Shown piece by piece: positions 61,988 through 64,000 of a stretch of 64,000 nucleotides of DNA; within the stretch, counting starts at the first letter, position 1, and each line of letters begins with the position of its first letter. The stretch is from Lepidodermella squamata. Taxonomy: Eukaryota > Animalia > Gastrotricha. Location of the stretch: positions 2,914,001 through 2,978,000 of the forward strand of contig JBLDXI010000054.1 of assembly GCA_047495785.1 (NCBI GenBank), given 5' to 3'. Below the pieces are notes generated by a model. It ran no database searches. It was not told the origin of the DNA and saw nothing but the letters and a program-made list of their open reading frames with translations. The translations under genes were made by a program, and so were the position numbers.

Positions 61988-63749
61988 TGACCCGCTAGAA
62001 GTTGGCAGTCCACTTTGGTATTTATATCAGCGGCCCACTTTTAATCAACTGTCATCCACCTTGCCATGTGATACCCTTAATCATTATTTAAGGCAGTTTC
62101 ATATTTTTATTGACGCGAGATTATACCAACTAATTAGGGGTGGGCCGCTGAGTGTGGGCCGCCAACTTCCAAAAAGACCGTAAAAATAGAAGTTGGCGGC
62201 CCACTTGTCAGCGGCCCACCTTGCCAATACACCAATCGATTTGCCATAACGTGACCATCACAAATCTATTTTCACTTCGTACCTATGACTTCGGTAACCG
62301 GATTTATTTGTTATCGAACTTGAAAAGCAATATGCCTTTATAACAAGAAAATGAGTTCCGACATGTTACTGCTTTAAATGCTTAATCATGTTCAAACTAA
62401 ATGAAAAACTGGGTAAATTGAGAAACGGTGCAAAAGCATGCGTTTTGCAGATGGCGCGATGTCGTGCTATAGTTTACGAAGGCTATCGTAATGGTCGCGG
62501 CCGTTAAAGAAAATGTTCAATTCGGCCGCGTGTCCCTCTGGCGCCGCCACGACAGTCCTCGGGCCATTGTAACGGTGTATAATTATTCGTGCTCCATACA
62601 TTTCGGCGATCGCGACGAGCGCCTCTTCGCCGGCGAACGAACCAGGTAGGGCCAAGTTGTCTACTACGTAGAAAAATTTGAAACTTTTAGCAAGGTAGAA
62701 TATTGCAACTAACCCCATCCGTCGTAGTCGTCGTCCGAGACTTCGCCGCTCATCTCTTCTGCGAAAAATCCTCGCAGGAAGCCTTTCATTCGTGCCTTGT
62801 TAATCCTGAAGTATTCTACCACGTCTTGACGCAGTTGAAGCGCCGAAATTAGCTGCTCGCATACGACAGCCAGCTGGTCCCCAACCGAGCCGAACAGGCA
62901 TGACCCGTCACCTGCAATCTTTTTCAGGAAAAACTGTCTTTCTCGGAAATAACGCCTCAGCTCGCTTAGCGAAGGTCGGGGTGCTTCTTCAAAGGCTGGC
63001 GCAGCAGAGGCTGGCGCAGCAGAGGCTGGCACAGCAGAGGCTGGCGCGGTAGAGGCTGGTGCAGTAGGTGCAGATGAAGCCAAGTCAGTAGCAAAGCGTG
63101 TCGGGGCGGTTTCACGCGGACGCAAACGCTGGCTACGGGGCGCCACATCTTCGACCAGCTTCCTTGGTCTTCCACGACCTCTCTTTTGAGGAATCTGGGG
63201 TAATTCAGCCTGCGAAGGTTGCTGGTTTTCGCGTGCAATTTAGGATCACCTTGTCAACACGCGTTGTAGCCCGACATCGCGCCATCTGCGAAACGCACGC
63301 CTTTGCACAGTCTATCAATTTACACACTTGTTCCATTTAGTTTGAACATGATTAAGCGTTTAAAACATTGAAAAGTCGGGACTCCTTTTCTTGTAATAAC
63401 GGCATGTTATCTTTCAAATTCAATGACAAATAAAACCAGTTACTGAAGTCATAGGTACAACGTGAAAATAGATTTGAGATGGTCACGTCATGGCAAATCG
63501 ATTGGTGTATTGGCAAGGTGGGCCGCTGACAAGTGGGCCGCCAACTTCTATTTTTACGGTCTTTTTGGAAGTTGGCGGCCCACACTCAGCGGCCCACCCC
63601 TAATTAGTTGATATGATCTCGAGACAATAAAAAAATGAAACTGCCTTGATTAATGATCAAGGATATCACATGGCAAGGTGGATCACAAATGATTAAAAGT
63701 GGGCCGCTGTTATAAATGCCTAAGTGGACTGCCAACTTCCGGCAGATTA
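61988..63749. mobile_element. Long-inverted-repeat element (~480-bp arms) enclosing an OTU gene; MULE-like organisation, superfamily unconfirmed
   Basis: Arms ~61988-62471 and ~63265-63749 are reverse complements, identical over 62127-62247 / 63490-63610. No clear TSD. Confidence 0.8.
62467..63285 (-). CDS. AT-hook + OTU-domain cysteine protease (deubiquitinase), 242 aa; introns 63210-63249, 62664-62713
   Basis: Spliced MARCRATTRVDK-AELPQIPQKRGRGRPRK (AT-hook), Ala/Pro/Ser linker, GDGSCLFGSV (catalytic Cys), LRQDVVEY, FAGEEALVAIA, HYDSL (catalytic His). Confidence 0.85.
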
Positions 63750-64000
63750 ATTTTTGTAATTTTGTTTAAAATCAGGATTGTTGAATTTGGGAAATCTGAT
63801 GACTTTCTGTGGCCGGTGGCGATATGTTAAATTAGGTTAAGGTCGTTGTAACACGTGTCAAGGTCGTTTCCTTTAGCAACGCTTATGATTCACCTTGTCA
63901 CGTGATCGCCACGCGGCGTGCTTTGCCATGTGCTCCTAGCCATGTGCCTTCTATCATAATAGTTTAGGTCAATTGTCATTTGTCACAATATGTTCTTATT

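Noticed and set aside
62152-63585. Twin ORFs MWAANFQKDRKNRSW... on opposite strands
   Set aside because: They are translations of the inverted-repeat core with GTG starts and no coding signature.
61978-63760. 9-bp MULE-type TSD for the OTU element
   Set aside because: The flanks are T-rich and similar (tttttgta), but no exact duplication abuts both ends, so the superfamily is left open.

Overview
Compact invertebrate (metazoan) genomic DNA with mostly 40-63 nt GT-AG introns; the species cannot be named from the sequence. The window is dominated by a co-oriented array of 15 highly divergent pentameric ligand-gated ion channel (Cys-loop) genes (953-48925, all + strand). They lack the loop-C vicinal cysteines and a large M3-M4 intracellular domain, and all share an extra family-specific Cys pair. 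This pattern fits a lineage-specific ionotropic chemoreceptor family (inference). One paralog has lost both Cys-loop cysteines and the acidic -1' pore residue. It lies tail-to-tail with an intronless membrane-anchored protein resembling a circularly permuted bacterial family-3 solute-binding domain. Also present: three SUR1/GT32-like glycosyltransferases, two orphan paralogs, a carbonyl reductase, a gamma-glutamyltransferase, two divergent GABA-B-like class C GPCRs, a Gly/Tyr-rich secreted peptide precursor, an SGNH-like protein and a carbohydrate sulfotransferase. Mobile DNA: a decayed RTE LINE; a Penelope-like element with a 34-bp target duplication, a hammerhead ribozyme and a nested hAT-type MITE; a Tc1/mariner MITE; a 433-bp TG..CA element with inverted tRNA-bearing arms, a PBS and a PPT; and a long-inverted-repeat element encoding an AT-hook + OTU deubiquitinase. 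All exon boundaries were read by eye and no database searches were run.
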